Shown here: positions 19,758-30,080 of the stretch, in pieces | How the letters are laid out: every line of letters begins with the position of its first letter | Position numbering within the stretch: position 1 is the first letter of the stretch | Source: an uncultured Chloroflexia bacterium | Lineage (GTDB): Bacteria > Chloroflexota > Limnocylindria > Limnocylindrales > CSP1-4 | Assembly: GCA_963819655.1 (NCBI GenBank) | Contig: CAWFXA010000003.1 | Span: 160,001-224,000, forward strand | Reading direction: 5' to 3' | Length of the DNA stretch: 64,000 bases | Translations under genes and position numbers: made by a program | Notes under the pieces: model-generated | Databases searched by the model: none | What the model saw: the letters and a program-made list of their open reading frames with translations, nothing else | Told to the model about the DNA's origin: nothing

Positions 19758-20399
19758 GTGATCGTCGTCATCGGGTCGCTGCGTCTGCGCGGGTCGGGGC
19801 CGGACGCGGACGCGGACGGTCTTGCGGCCTCGATCGCCGCCGCGGCGGCAGCCGAGGGTGCTCGGGTCGAGCTCATCGGCAAGGTCGGAGACGACCCTGC
19901 GGGTGACGCCGTCCTTCTGTCACTCGCACGCCATGGCGTCGGCCATGTCGCCATGCTCCGAGATCCAGGGCGCCGGACGACGACCGCCGCGGCGATCGAC
20001 GAACGGATCGACGTGGATGCGAGCGAGGCGCTCACGACCGAGGTGGGCGCGGCCGAACCGGCCGGCGCAGGAGACTCACCGACTCTCGAGGCGGCGGATG
20101 TCGGCCTCGCCCTGCGCTACCTGCCGGAGATCTCGGTGATCGTGGCAGTCCACCTGGCGCCGGAAGTCCTGACCGAAGCCGCTGCGGCCGCGGGTTGGGC
20201 TGAGACCTCGTTGGTGGTGGTCGTGCCTGTCGATGGTGGGCCACCTGACGGCCTGCCCGCCGGTGCCGTCACCCTGGCCGCCGCCGACCACGACGAGTCG
20301 GCGGTCGGCGGGGCGATCGGACGCTACGCAGCCGCGCTCGACCGTGGCGATCCGGCCGATGCCGCCTACGACGCGCTCGTCGCTGCGGGGCGCGGCTAG
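19758..20399 (+). CDS. Shortened PfkB/ribokinase-like protein
   Basis: ELIGKVGDDPAGD...L...GV PfkB N-terminal signature; canonical C-terminal DTxGAGD missing. Confidence 0.65.
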   Translation: MIVVIGSLRLRGSGPDADADGLAASIAAAAAAEGARVELIGKVGDDPAGDAVLLSLARHGVGHVAMLRDPGRRTTTAAAIDERIDVDASEALTTEVGAAEPAGAGDSPTLEAADVGLALRYLPEISVIVAVHLAPEVLTEAAAAAGWAETSLVVVVPVDGGPPDGLPAGAVTLAAADHDESAVGGAIGRYAAALDRGDPADAAYDALVAAGRG

Positions 20400-21118
20400 A
20401 TCCCGAGCGTGCCCTCGGCCGGCGTTGCCGCGACCGCCAGCAGCGGCTCGGTCAGCTCTGGGCCGTCACGGCGGACGTCGTTCACGTATCGATTGACCGG
20501 GTAGATCCGCACCGCGACAGCGTCGCTCGGCTCGAGCATCGCGAGCAGCTCGTCGGGATCGACCGCCGGTCCCGCTCGCCCATCGGTCAGCCAGCGATCC
20601 CATGATCCCTCGCCGAGCACGACCGGCATCCGGTCGTGCAGATCGGCCAGCGCGTCGTTCGGTGTCGTCGTGATGATCGTGAACGTCCGGCGGACCTCGT
20701 CGATCGACGGGTCGTGCCAGCCCGCCCACAGGCCGGCGAGGGCAAGCGGCAGGCCGTCCTCGCGCACGACGCGGTACGGCTGGCGGACGGTGCCCTCGCG
20801 CTTCCACTCGTAGAACGAGTCGACCGGCACGATGCAGCGCCGCCGGCGGAACGCCTCGCGGAAGGCCGGGCTGGAGGTGATCGTCTCTGCGCGCGCGTTG
20901 AACATCCGGGAGCCGCCCTTGAGGTCGGTGGACCAATGCGGCACCAGGCCCCACCGATAGGCCGTGACGGCCCGGCGATCCTCGCGCTGCACGACGACGA
21001 AGGCGTCGTCGGTGGGAGCCACGTTGTACCGCGCGCCCAACTCGTCGGCGAGCGGTTCGGCGGCGAAGATCTCGGCGAGCTCGGACGCTGGCCGCTCCTG
21101 CGTGAACCGTCCGCACAT
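20396..21118 (-). CDS. SOS response-associated peptidase (SRAP/YedK/HMCES), abasic-site protection
   Basis: N-terminal MCGRF, YNVAP, WGLVP.W, NARAET, FYEW, HDRMP. Confidence 0.95.
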   Translation of the reverse strand: MCGRFTQERPASELAEIFAAEPLADELGARYNVAPTDDAFVVVQREDRRAVTAYRWGLVPHWSTDLKGGSRMFNARAETITSSPAFREAFRRRRCIVPVDSFYEWKREGTVRQPYRVVREDGLPLALAGLWAGWHDPSIDEVRRTFTIITTTPNDALADLHDRMPVVLGEGSWDRWLTDGRAGPAVDPDELLAMLEPSDAVAVRIYPVNRYVNDVRRDGPELTEPLLAVAATPAEGTLGI

Positions 21119-21145
21119 GCGGGCAAGTCTAGTATCGTCCGGCCG

Positions 21146-22358
21146 ATGGACGACGCCCGGCCACCTGCCTCGCCCGACCCGTCACGGCAGGGCCGCCTGT
21201 CCCCCGCGGACGCCGCCGCGCTGCTGGCGGAGGGCGACAGCCTCCTCGCTGCGGGCGACTACCCGGAGGCCGCCGTCCGATATGGGCGCGTGGTCGGTTT
21301 CGACGACGCGGCGGTCACGGCCGCCGCATTGCTCGGGCTAGGCGAGGCCCGGTTCCGCCTCGGTGAGGACGGCGCCGCCCTGGCGTCCTGGAAGGCCGTC
21401 CTGCAGGTCGGGGAGACGCCGTCGTCGTACCCGGCGTGGCGGAACATCGCGGCCGCCAACGTTCGTGACGGGGATCTCCAGTCGGCGATCAGCGCCTATC
21501 GCCAGGCCGAACGGCGGGCGCCGCCCGCCGACCGTCCCGAGATCGCGAACCGACTCGGCTGGTTGACCAAGGAGACCGGCGACGTCAACGGGGCGCGGCG
21601 CTACTTCGCCCGCGGTCGTGGCGATACGCAGGTGCTGTCCGTCACGACCGTGCTCATCGCGGCGACGGTCATCGTCTCGCTGACGGCGATCCTGTCGGCC
21701 GAGGGTCAGTTCCTGTACGACGCCTTCCAGCTCGACAAGCAGGCGGTGGCGGCCGGCGAATACTGGCGGCTGTTCACGGTGACGCTGTTGCACGGCAGCC
21801 CTGATCCGGGGTTCTTCGCCCCGTCGCTCCTGCACCTGTTCTTCAACATGTATGCCCTGTACCTCGCCGGGCCGATCGTCGAGCGCTGGTACGGGTCGCT
21901 GCGCTTCCTGATCTTCTACCTCGTCTGCGCGGCCGGCGGATCCGTCGCGAGCTTCGCGTTCGGTGGCGATCTCCCGTCGGTCGGCGCCTCAGGCGCCATC
22001 TTCGGGTCTGTTCGGGCTGTTGCTCGGCGCGAATCGCTTCCACCAGCCGGTCGATCGTCAGAGCCGGGCGCTCGTCCGACAGCTCGGGATGCTCATCGTC
22101 CTGAACATCCTGTTCGGCTTTGCTGTCCCGGGCATCGACAACGCCGCGCATCTTGGCGGCCTCGTCACCGGCCTGTGGCTCGGTGCGGTGATCCCGCCGA
22201 CCCGCGTCGACACGATGGGGTCGTACTGGCAGCAGGCGAAGGGGGCGGCTGGGGCGCATGTCGCTCGCGTCCCGATGGCCGTCCCGATCCTGGCGGTCGT
22301 CGCGGTCGCGGTCGTCGTGGTCGCAGGGCTGATGTACGGGACATCGATCCGGGCGTAG
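21146..22358 (+). CDS. TPR-rhomboid intramembrane serine protease (+1 frameshift near 22005)
   Basis: TPR helices followed by GEYWRL, HLFFNM, VGASGAIFG (Ser) and, in the next frame, AAHLGG (His). Confidence 0.85.
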
Positions 22359-22377
22359 CGCGCCGGGCTGACAGACG

Positions 22378-23253
22378 ATGTTCGCCACGCTCCTCGGCCC
22401 GCTCCCGCGGCCGCTCCTCCCGGCGGACACGTCCCCCGAGGCGATCCTCGACGCATGTTTGGCGCTCCAGATCGAGCACGGTCTCGAGCCGCTGACCGAC
22501 GCCGGCTGGCCACTGATCGACTCCGAGCCGGTCGCATCGTGGGTCGCCACCACGGAGCGTGCCGGCGGTGGCCTCGTGAAGGCTGTGCTGGACGGCCCGG
22601 TCTCGGCGGGTCGTGGCGTCGGCGACGTTCGACGGGAGGTCTTGGCCCTCGCCGCTGCCGGGTGCCGCTGGATCGAGATCCATGAGCCGGCCGTCACGGC
22701 GATCGGGGACGACGCGGAAGCCCGGAAGCGGTTCGCGGCGGCTCATCGGGAGCTCACCGCCGATCTCGAGCCGGACGTGCATCTGACCCTGGCCATCACG
22801 GGCGGCAGTGCCGACACGGCAGGCATCGAGACGGTCTTGGCCGGCGCCTACGCGAGCCTGGCGGTGGATCTCATCGACGGGCCGGACAACTGGCGGCTCG
22901 TCGTCGAGACGCCGGGAGAGCTGGGCATCGTTTGCGGCGCCCTGTCTGCGCACCGTGCCACCGACGACGGACCGGAGCACTTGCTGTTCGCGGCGAGGTA
23001 CGCCGCGTCGACTGGCGGGCGCGGGATGACCCGGGTAGGGCTCGCGACGTCGGGCTCGTTCGCGGAGCTGACGTGGGTCGAGGCGGCGACCAAGGTGCGC
23101 CGACTAGGTGAAGCGGCGCGGCTCGTGACTGCGTCACCCGTCGAGCGCCGCGAGGCGCTCGATCCGCGGGCAGTCGACATCCGGTCGGCCGCGCTCGGCC
23201 GGGTCGAGGACCCGCGACATCGGAAAGAACGGCGCGACCACGATGAGTCCTGA
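22378..23253 (+). CDS. Methionine synthase (MetE C-terminal/Meth_synt_2)-like protein, degenerate
   Basis: TLLGPLPRP, Q...GL..LTD and GCRWIEIHEP resemble the MetE barrel; Zn-ligand HxC and SCG not evident. Confidence 0.6.
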   Translation: MFATLLGPLPRPLLPADTSPEAILDACLALQIEHGLEPLTDAGWPLIDSEPVASWVATTERAGGGLVKAVLDGPVSAGRGVGDVRREVLALAAAGCRWIEIHEPAVTAIGDDAEARKRFAAAHRELTADLEPDVHLTLAITGGSADTAGIETVLAGAYASLAVDLIDGPDNWRLVVETPGELGIVCGALSAHRATDDGPEHLLFAARYAASTGGRGMTRVGLATSGSFAELTWVEAATKVRRLGEAARLVTASPVERREALDPRAVDIRSAALGRVEDPRHRKERRDHDES

Positions 23254-23288
23254 CGACGGGGCGGACACCGCTCTTGCCACCGGGACGA

Positions 23289-23442
23289 TGATCGCTCGCA
23301 GCGATCGTTTTCGGTTCGTAGCCACTCGCGGCGGCGTCCAGCGGCGCGTTTGATCGCTCAGAGTGATCGATGGGTGGTGTTGCACGACCCACGAGCCCAT
23401 CTGGACGCGCTTGGGCGCAGAATCGATCGCTGCGAGCGATCA
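23289..23442. repeat. 19-bp perfect inverted repeat pair with a degenerate internal copy
   Basis: TGATCGCTCGCAGCGATCG (23289-23307) and CGATCGCTGCGAGCGATCA (23424-23442); TGATCGCTCAGAGTGATCG near 23351. Confidence 0.7.
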
Positions 23443-23646
23443 CCTCGGGCCGATCCTGTGCGGGGAGCACCGTGCGGGTTCCGACTTGATTCCCCACCCT
23501 GACGGTGGGACCATCGCAGTCCCTCCCACCGACGCGAGGAGCGGGTCGGTAAGAGGCGCGAGTGCTCCAGCCGACAACGCATCCGTGACCGCGCCGCGAC
23601 CCCCATCCGGCCGCGCCGTCGGTCGTCGTCGAAGGAGGTCCGGCCC

Positions 23647-24141
23647 GTGGGCGAACACATCTCCCTGACCGTCAACGGAGCACGACGGGAGCTCGATGTC
23701 GAGCCCAGACGCCTGCTCGTCCAGGCGATCCGCGAAGACCTCGACCTGACCGGGACCCACATCGGATGCGACACGAGCCAATGCGGCGCGTGCACCATCC
23801 ATCTCGATGGCAAGGCCGTGAAGTCCTGCACGGTGCTCGCCGTCCAGGCCGACGGCGCCACCGTCACCACCATCGAAGGGATGGCGAACGGCGAGACCCT
23901 CCATCCGCTCCAGACCGCCTTCTGGGAGAAGCACGGCCTGCAGTGCGGGTTCTGCACCCCTGGGATGATCATGGCTGCGGCCGACCTGCTGGCTCGCAAC
24001 AGCGACCCGTCCGAGGACGAGATCCGCCACGCCATCGAGGGCAACATTTGCCGCTGTACCGGTTACCACAACATCGTGGCGGCCGTGCGCGCGGCTGCTG
24101 CCGCCATGCGCGAGGGGGCCGTCGCCCCCGTCACCGCTTAG
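23647..24141 (+). CDS. coxS: Molybdoenzyme small 2Fe-2S subunit (CoxS/CutS-like)
   Basis: [25 protein letters not shown]. Confidence 0.92.
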   Translation: MGEHISLTVNGARRELDVEPRRLLVQAIREDLDLTGTHIGCDTSQCGACTIHLDGKAVKSCTVLAVQADGATVTTIEGMANGETLHPLQTAFWEKHGLQCGFCTPGMIMAAADLLARNSDPSEDEIRHAIEGNICRCTGYHNIVAAVRAAAAAMREGAVAPVTA

Positions 24142-24156
24142 GCCGGGAGACGAACG

Positions 24157-26580
24157 ATGACAGACGTACTCGACGCCCCGGCGACCACTCCGCTCGGCCA
24201 GCCGATCAAGCGCACGGAGGACCCACGCTTCATCACCGGCAAGGGCCGCTACCTCGACGACATCAAGCTGCAGTCGATGACCCACCTGGCCATCCTGCGC
24301 AGCCCGTACGCTCACGCCAACATCCGCTCGATCGACACGAGCACGGCCAAGTCGATGCCCGGCGTGCACGCGGTCTTCGTCGGCGCCGACATCCCGTACA
24401 ACCCGCTGCCGATGGCCTGGCCGGCCGGGGGCAGTGCCGGGATCACCAACAACATCAACACGCCGCGCGTGCTGGCCACCGACTCGGTCAAGTGGACCGG
24501 CGAGGGTGTCGCGGCCGTCGTGGCCGAGACGCCCGAGCAGGCGCTCGATGCCCTCGAGGCGATCGACGTCGATTGGGAGCCATTGCCCGCGGTCGTCGAC
24601 TCCGAGGCGGCCATCAAGGACGGCGCCCCGCAACTCCACGAGAACGCCCCGAACAACATCGTGTTCGAGTGGTCGGTCGGCGACAAGGACGGCACCGCCG
24701 CGGCCATCGAAGGCGCCGAGGTCGTCGTTAAGCAGCGCCTCGTGAACCAGCGGCTCATCCCGAATCCGATGGAGACCCGGGGCGACATCGGCTGGTACAA
24801 CCCAGGCACCGATGAGTACACGGTCTGGATGTCGAGCCAGACGCCGCACATCCAGCGGCTGCTCCTGGCGGCGTTCGTGACCGGCATCCCGGAGCACAAG
24901 ATCCGCTGTATCAGCCCCGACGTCGGCGGTGCCTTCGGCACCAAGATCTTCACCTATGCAGACATGCCGCTCGTGATGTTCGCGAGCAAGGCGATCGGCG
25001 GCCGGCCCGTCAAATGGGTCGAGGGCCGCCGCGAGAACTACCAATCGACCATCCACGGTCGCGACCACATCACGTACGTCGAGATCGCCGGCAAGCGTGA
25101 CGGCGAGGTCACCGGTGTCCGCGTCAAGACCTACGCCAACCTCGGCGGCCGTCTCTCGACGATCGGCCCGGGCATCCCCACGACCCTCTACGCCCGCGTC
25201 CTGTCGGGCTGCTACAAGATCCCGAACGTCTACGCCGAGGTGACCGGCGTCTACACGAACACTGTGTTCGTCGACGCCTACCGCGGAGCCGGCCGGCCCG
25301 AGGCGACCTACGTCATCGAGCGGGCGATGGACCTGTTCGCGGCAGAGATCGGCATGGATCGGGCCGAGGTGCGCCGTCGCAACTTCATCCCGAAGGACCA
25401 GTTCCCGTACGAGAACCCGTCGGGTCTCGGCACGGCCAGTGGCGGCGCCAAGATCTACATCGACTCCGGCGACTATGAGCCAGCCATGGACAAGGCCCTA
25501 GGCATGGTCGATTACGCGGCGCTCCCTGCGCAGAAGGCCGATGCACGAGACCGCGGCAAGCTCCTCGGCGTCGGGCTAAGCACCTACATCGAGGTGTGCG
25601 GCGTCGCCCCGTCCAAGTGGATCGGTGCTGTCGGCGAGGGCTGGGGTGCGGCGATGTGGGAATCGGCCAACATCCGCGTCCACCTGACCGGCAAGGTCGT
25701 CGTCACGGTCGGCACCCAGCCGCAAGGCCAGGGCCACGAGACGACGTACGCCCAGGTCGTCGCCGCGGAGCTCGGCGTGCCGATGGCGGATGTCGTCGTC
25801 CAGCACTCGGACACACTGGGCACGCCATTCGGTTACGGCTCGTACGGCAGCCGCACGTCGTCGGTCGGCATGACCGCGGCGATCAAGGCTGCGGACAAGA
25901 TCAAGGACAAAGCGCGTCGCTATGCGGCTCACATGCTGGAGGCGTCGCCGGACGATATCGAGATCGACGGCGCCGAATACCGGGTCAAGGGTTCGCCCGA
26001 CCGCAAGAAGACATTCCAGGAGATCGCGTTCGCGCTCGACCTCGCGTTCGACGCGCCCGATGGTATGGAGCCCTATCTCGACGAGACGGCCTACTACGAC
26101 ACCCCGAACTGCACGTGGCCGTTCGGGACGCACATCGCGACCGTCGAGATCGACGAGGAGACCGGCGTCGTGGATCTTGTCCGCTACGTTGCGGTTGACG
26201 ACGTCGGCAACAAGATCAACCCGATGATCGTCGACGGCCAACTCCACGGCGGCATCGCCCAGGGGGTCGGCCAGGCGCTCTGGGAGGGCGCCGTCTACAG
26301 CGATGACGGTCAGCTGCTGACCGGCTCGATGATGGACTACGCGCTGCCGAAGGCTGCGATGCTCCCGAACTTCGAGCTTGACCAGACTGTCACGCCGTCG
26401 CCGGTGAACCCGCTCGGGGTCAAGGGCGTCGGCGAGGCCGGCGCGATCGCGTCGACGGCCGCGGTGGCCAACGCCGTGGTCGACGCGTTGAGCGCCTATG
26501 GGATCCGCCACCTCGACATGCCGTACACGCCGCAGAAGCTGTGGTCGGCGATCCAGTCGGCGAAGGGAGGCCAGGCATGA
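24157..26580 (+). CDS. coxL: Xanthine dehydrogenase-family molybdopterin large subunit, form II CoxL-like
   Basis: Active-site loop AYRGAGR, VGGAFG.K, QGQGHET, KGVGE. Confidence 0.9.
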   Translation: MTDVLDAPATTPLGQPIKRTEDPRFITGKGRYLDDIKLQSMTHLAILRSPYAHANIRSIDTSTAKSMPGVHAVFVGADIPYNPLPMAWPAGGSAGITNNINTPRVLATDSVKWTGEGVAAVVAETPEQALDALEAIDVDWEPLPAVVDSEAAIKDGAPQLHENAPNNIVFEWSVGDKDGTAAAIEGAEVVVKQRLVNQRLIPNPMETRGDIGWYNPGTDEYTVWMSSQTPHIQRLLLAAFVTGIPEHKIRCISPDVGGAFGTKIFTYADMPLVMFASKAIGGRPVKWVEGRRENYQSTIHGRDHITYVEIAGKRDGEVTGVRVKTYANLGGRLSTIGPGIPTTLYARVLSGCYKIPNVYAEVTGVYTNTVFVDAYRGAGRPEATYVIERAMDLFAAEIGMDRAEVRRRNFIPKDQFPYENPSGLGTASGGAKIYIDSGDYEPAMDKALGMVDYAALPAQKADARDRGKLLGVGLSTYIEVCGVAPSKWIGAVGEGWGAAMWESANIRVHLTGKVVVTVGTQPQGQGHETTYAQVVAAELGVPMADVVVQHSDTLGTPFGYGSYGSRTSSVGMTAAIKAADKIKDKARRYAAHMLEASPDDIEIDGAEYRVKGSPDRKKTFQEIAFALDLAFDAPDGMEPYLDETAYYDTPNCTWPFGTHIATVEIDEETGVVDLVRYVAVDDVGNKINPMIVDGQLHGGIAQGVGQALWEGAVYSDDGQLLTGSMMDYALPKAAMLPNFELDQTVTPSPVNPLGVKGVGEAGAIASTAAVANAVVDALSAYGIRHLDMPYTPQKLWSAIQSAKGGQA

Positions 26581-27419
26581 TCCCGGCGGCATTCGACTAC
26601 CGGCGGGCCACCTCGATCGACGACGCCCTCGGCGCGCTGGCCGGCGGTGACGCCAAGGTCATTGCCGGCGGGATGAGCCTGCTGCCGTTGATGAAGCTGC
26701 GGCTGGCGCAACCGTCGATGTTGGTCGATATCGGCCGCCTGGAGGAGCTCAAGGGCTCGCGGGCGACCGCGGATGGTGGCTGGGAAGTCGGTGCGCTGAC
26801 GACGTACACCGAGGCGCTCGAGGCCACTCAGCTCGATTTCACCCGCGACTGCATCCTCGGCATCGGTGATGTCCAGGTCCGCAACCGGGGCACGGTCGGT
26901 GGGTCGATCAGCCACGCCGACCCGGCGTCGGACCTGCCGGCGCTCCTGCTCGCCCTCGACTACTCGGCCGTGCTGCGGTCGAGGCGGGGCGATCGAACCG
27001 TGCCGCTCGACGGGTTCTTCGAAGGCGCCTTCCAGACCGGCATCGCACCGGACGAGATCCTGGTCAAGCTCGTCCGGGGACCTCTGGCCGCGGGCGCCCA
27101 GGGCTCGTATCTCAAGATGGCGCATCCGGCGTCCGGCTATGCGATCGTCGGCGTGTGTGCTGTCGTCGCGTCGTCCGGTGGTGCCGTGTCGCATGCGCGC
27201 ATCGGGATCACCGGCGTCGGCGACGTGGCCTATCGGGCGAAGGAGGTCGAGTCGGCGCTGATGGGTAGCGACGGATCGCCCAGCGCGGTCGTCGCCGCAG
27301 CAGCCCATGCCGCCGACGGGCAGACCGTCAACAGCGACATCTATGCCGATCGCGACTATCGATCGAAGATGGCGGAGGTCTATACCCGCCGTGCGATCGA
27401 AGCCGCACTCGGTCGCTAG
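26577..27419 (+). CDS. coxM: FAD-binding medium subunit (CoxM/CutM-like)
   Basis: IAGGMSLLP.MKLRL, QVRNRGTVGG...HADP; ATGA overlap. Confidence 0.9.
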   Translation: MIPAAFDYRRATSIDDALGALAGGDAKVIAGGMSLLPLMKLRLAQPSMLVDIGRLEELKGSRATADGGWEVGALTTYTEALEATQLDFTRDCILGIGDVQVRNRGTVGGSISHADPASDLPALLLALDYSAVLRSRRGDRTVPLDGFFEGAFQTGIAPDEILVKLVRGPLAAGAQGSYLKMAHPASGYAIVGVCAVVASSGGAVSHARIGITGVGDVAYRAKEVESALMGSDGSPSAVVAAAAHAADGQTVNSDIYADRDYRSKMAEVYTRRAIEAALGR

Positions 27420-27443
27420 CGCACCTTCGTCAGCGTCCCGGCA

Positions 27444-28487
27444 TTGCGCGTCGAGCGGGTCATCCCGGGTCGACGCGTCTCGGGACGGCTGGCGGGCGCC
27501 GTCCTCACGCGCGACCTGACCGTCGGCGGCCGACGCTGGTCGAAGGGCCGCCGGCTGAGTCCCGATGACCTCTTGGCGCTCGCGGCCGAGGAGCCGGGTC
27601 CGCCTGTGACCGTGCTCGTCGCCGACGGCAACGAACTGCACGAGGACGAGGCCGCGCTGCGCCTTGCCAAGGCGATCGCGGGGCCGGGTCTCGAGGTCCG
27701 CGGTCCGAACCAGAGTCGCCTTGATCTGGTCGCCACGGCCGACGGCGTCGTCACCGTGCGGATCGGCGAGCTCGAGCGCGTCAATCGGCTCGATCCTTTG
27801 GAGGTGTTCACGGTCTATGACGGTCAGGTCGTCGAGCGCGGCGACCTCGTGGCGAGCGTGAAGGTGGCGCCACACCTGGTGGATGCGGCCGTGGTCGAGG
27901 CCGGCGCGCGCATCGCCGGGTTCGGCAGCCAGCCGATCGTGTGGGTCGCGCCGTTCGTGGCACGACGCGTGGGCATCGTCGTGAAGGAGTCGATCCGCGC
28001 GACGGCCAGGGAGCGGTTCGAGGCATCCGTCCGGGCGAAGGTCGAGGGTCTCGGGTCGGAGATCATCGACATCGTATACGTCGAGGACGACGCCGACGCG
28101 GTCGAGACGGCGGTCGGGCGGTTCACGCGGGGGGTGGACACGGCCGATCTCGTGCTGACCGCCGGATCCGCCAGCACGGACCCGGATGACGCCTTCTTCG
28201 TGGCGATCGCCGCACTGGGCGGGCGGGTGGTCCGGCGCGGCGTGCCGTCGCATCCCGGATCGATGTTGTGGCTGGCACGGGTGGGCGGCACCTCGATCCT
28301 GGGGCTGCCGACGTGCGGGGCGTATTCGAAGGCGACCGCGGCGGACCTGCTGATGCCACGGTTGCTGGCCGGCGAGCCAGCGTCCGAGGCGACTGTGGCG
28401 AAGCTCGGCCACGGCGGCATCCTCACGCGCGACCAGCGGTTCCGCTTCCCACGCTACGCGCGGGACCTCGACGCACCGGAAGGGTAG
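27444..28487 (+). CDS. Molybdopterin-binding MoeA/MogA-like protein
   Basis: LHEDEAA, TAGSASTDPDD, GVPSHPGSML, GLPTC; TTG start uncertain. Confidence 0.72.
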   Translation: MRVERVIPGRRVSGRLAGAVLTRDLTVGGRRWSKGRRLSPDDLLALAAEEPGPPVTVLVADGNELHEDEAALRLAKAIAGPGLEVRGPNQSRLDLVATADGVVTVRIGELERVNRLDPLEVFTVYDGQVVERGDLVASVKVAPHLVDAAVVEAGARIAGFGSQPIVWVAPFVARRVGIVVKESIRATARERFEASVRAKVEGLGSEIIDIVYVEDDADAVETAVGRFTRGVDTADLVLTAGSASTDPDDAFFVAIAALGGRVVRRGVPSHPGSMLWLARVGGTSILGLPTCGAYSKATAADLLMPRLLAGEPASEATVAKLGHGGILTRDQRFRFPRYARDLDAPEG

Positions 28488-28498
28488 GGAGGACACCG

Positions 28499-29014
28499 AT
28501 GGGAGAGGCGGACATCGCCGCGGCAATCAGCCGCGCCCGTGCGTATCTGACGGTGAACCCGACCGAAGCGCGGTACCGCGACGGCGCGGCGACCGCGTCG
28601 ATCGAGGATGGGCTGCGGGTGCGGGTCTCCGGCGCTGACGGCGCGTCGATCGTGACCGACATGGTCACGGGCATCGGTGGCGGCGGATCGGCGCCCAGCC
28701 CTGGTTGGATGTTTCGGGCCGCCTACGCGTCGTGCGTCGCGACGCTGATCGCGATGCGTGCCGCCGAGGAGGGGTGGGCGCTTGGGGCGCTCGAGGTCTC
28801 GGTCGACTCCGAGTCTGACGACCGAGGGATCCTGGCCACTGACGCCGGTGTTCCGGCGGGCCCGCTGAGTGTCCGCGTGGCGGTGACCGCCTCAGCCAAG
28901 GCCGCGGACAGTGCTGCGGTCCGGACAGCGATCGAGCAGGTAGTCCAGCGTTGTCCCGTCCACGATGCGGTGACGCGGGAGGTGCCCGTGGAAGTCGACG
29001 TTCGGGTGACGTGA
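28499..29014 (+). CDS. OsmC/Ohr family protein
   Basis: PSPG..F..A.ASC and CPVHD; GGAGG RBS. Confidence 0.85.
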   Translation: MGEADIAAAISRARAYLTVNPTEARYRDGAATASIEDGLRVRVSGADGASIVTDMVTGIGGGGSAPSPGWMFRAAYASCVATLIAMRAAEEGWALGALEVSVDSESDDRGILATDAGVPAGPLSVRVAVTASAKAADSAAVRTAIEQVVQRCPVHDAVTREVPVEVDVRVT

Positions 29015-29125
29015 CTCAATACCACCACTTTGTCTGCTTACCCCAGCGCGCAAAGAGCGCGTGCGAACGGCGGCATCATGAAGGTGCCTTCGATCGACTG
29101 GCACATATAGGAGTACCTCGGGCGC

Positions 29126-29491
29126 ATGGAACCGACCGTTAGGGACTTCCACACCGATCCGCCTTGGATAGAGGTCGACATCGGTGGAGGTCGGCTATCG
29201 ATCCTCTATGGGGCGACGTGCAACCCAGGTCCTTGGGACATCGAGTATCGAACCGAGTCGGGCGATAGATACTTGGCCTCGATCGCGACGATCGAAGACA
29301 TCGTCCGACTGATGGACGTCTGGAAGTCGACGGGCGAGTGCCTAAATGGCCGCTACTTCTGGACGTCGGACCTGATAATCGTCGATCAGCTGAACGCTAT
29401 CGCGATTGCCGACGTTGTTGAAGACCTCGTCAAGACCGGCGACATCAGAGGCGCGATGACACGGGCCGAGGACGACGAATCGTCAGACTAG
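29126..29491 (+). CDS. Hypothetical protein (acidic, immunity-protein-like)
   Basis: AGGAG RBS, lower GC, GEC..G.YFW..DLIIV motif. Confidence 0.6.
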   Translation: MEPTVRDFHTDPPWIEVDIGGGRLSILYGATCNPGPWDIEYRTESGDRYLASIATIEDIVRLMDVWKSTGECLNGRYFWTSDLIIVDQLNAIAIADVVEDLVKTGDIRGAMTRAEDDESSD

Positions 29492-29706
29492 CTCGGGTGA
29501 CCTTGCCGGACACTTAGCCATCAGGGCGTCCTTTCGGAGGATTTAGGGCTGAGGGAGCCCAGGGCGGTTGCTAGAGCGAGCCGCGAGGGGGTCGGTGTCG
29601 CCAGCCATACACCACAAGCCCTACGGCCTTCATCGGTGTTCGACACCGTCGGCGTCGACGAGGTCGAGGACTTCTAGCACAACCGTCCGTGGAGTAGTTT
29701 TCGCGC

Positions 29707-29988
29707 ATGTTCACGCACATCGCGATCCACACCCCCAAACCGGAACACCGCGACCACGTCATCGCCTCGATGCAACGAGCGGGCGCTGCAAGTGATGGTG
29801 CGGAAGGCCTCCTCCAGATGGGACCGTGGCAGGAGATCGACGGCGGCCGACTCGTCGGCCTCGCCATCTGGGAGTCGCGCGAGGCATTCCTCGCCGCGGC
29901 TCCGGGCATCTTCGCGGCTGTCGGCGACGACCCGTTCGACGAGTGGGAAGCCGAGCCGATCGTGAGCCTCCAGCTCGAGGAGGCCTAG
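29707..29988 (+). CDS. Antibiotic biosynthesis monooxygenase (ABM) domain protein
   Basis: 93 aa, AIWESREAF dimeric alpha-beta barrel pattern. Confidence 0.75.
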   Translation: MFTHIAIHTPKPEHRDHVIASMQRAGAASDGAEGLLQMGPWQEIDGGRLVGLAIWESREAFLAAAPGIFAAVGDDPFDEWEAEPIVSLQLEEA

Positions 29989-30080
29989 GCCGCAGGCATC
30001 GGGGCGGCTAACCCAACCGACCGAGGCCCAAGGGTTCTAACGAGCGCTCGCTGACGCGAGCGTCCGGTAGCCTGCGTCGT

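Noticed and set aside
24157-26580. Second true CO dehydrogenase
   Set aside because: AYRGAGR lacks the Cu-ligating Cys of form I; substrate unknown
29990-30065. Integron attC sites (CTAAC motifs)
   Set aside because: No convincing paired R''/R' and L boxes and no integron integrase
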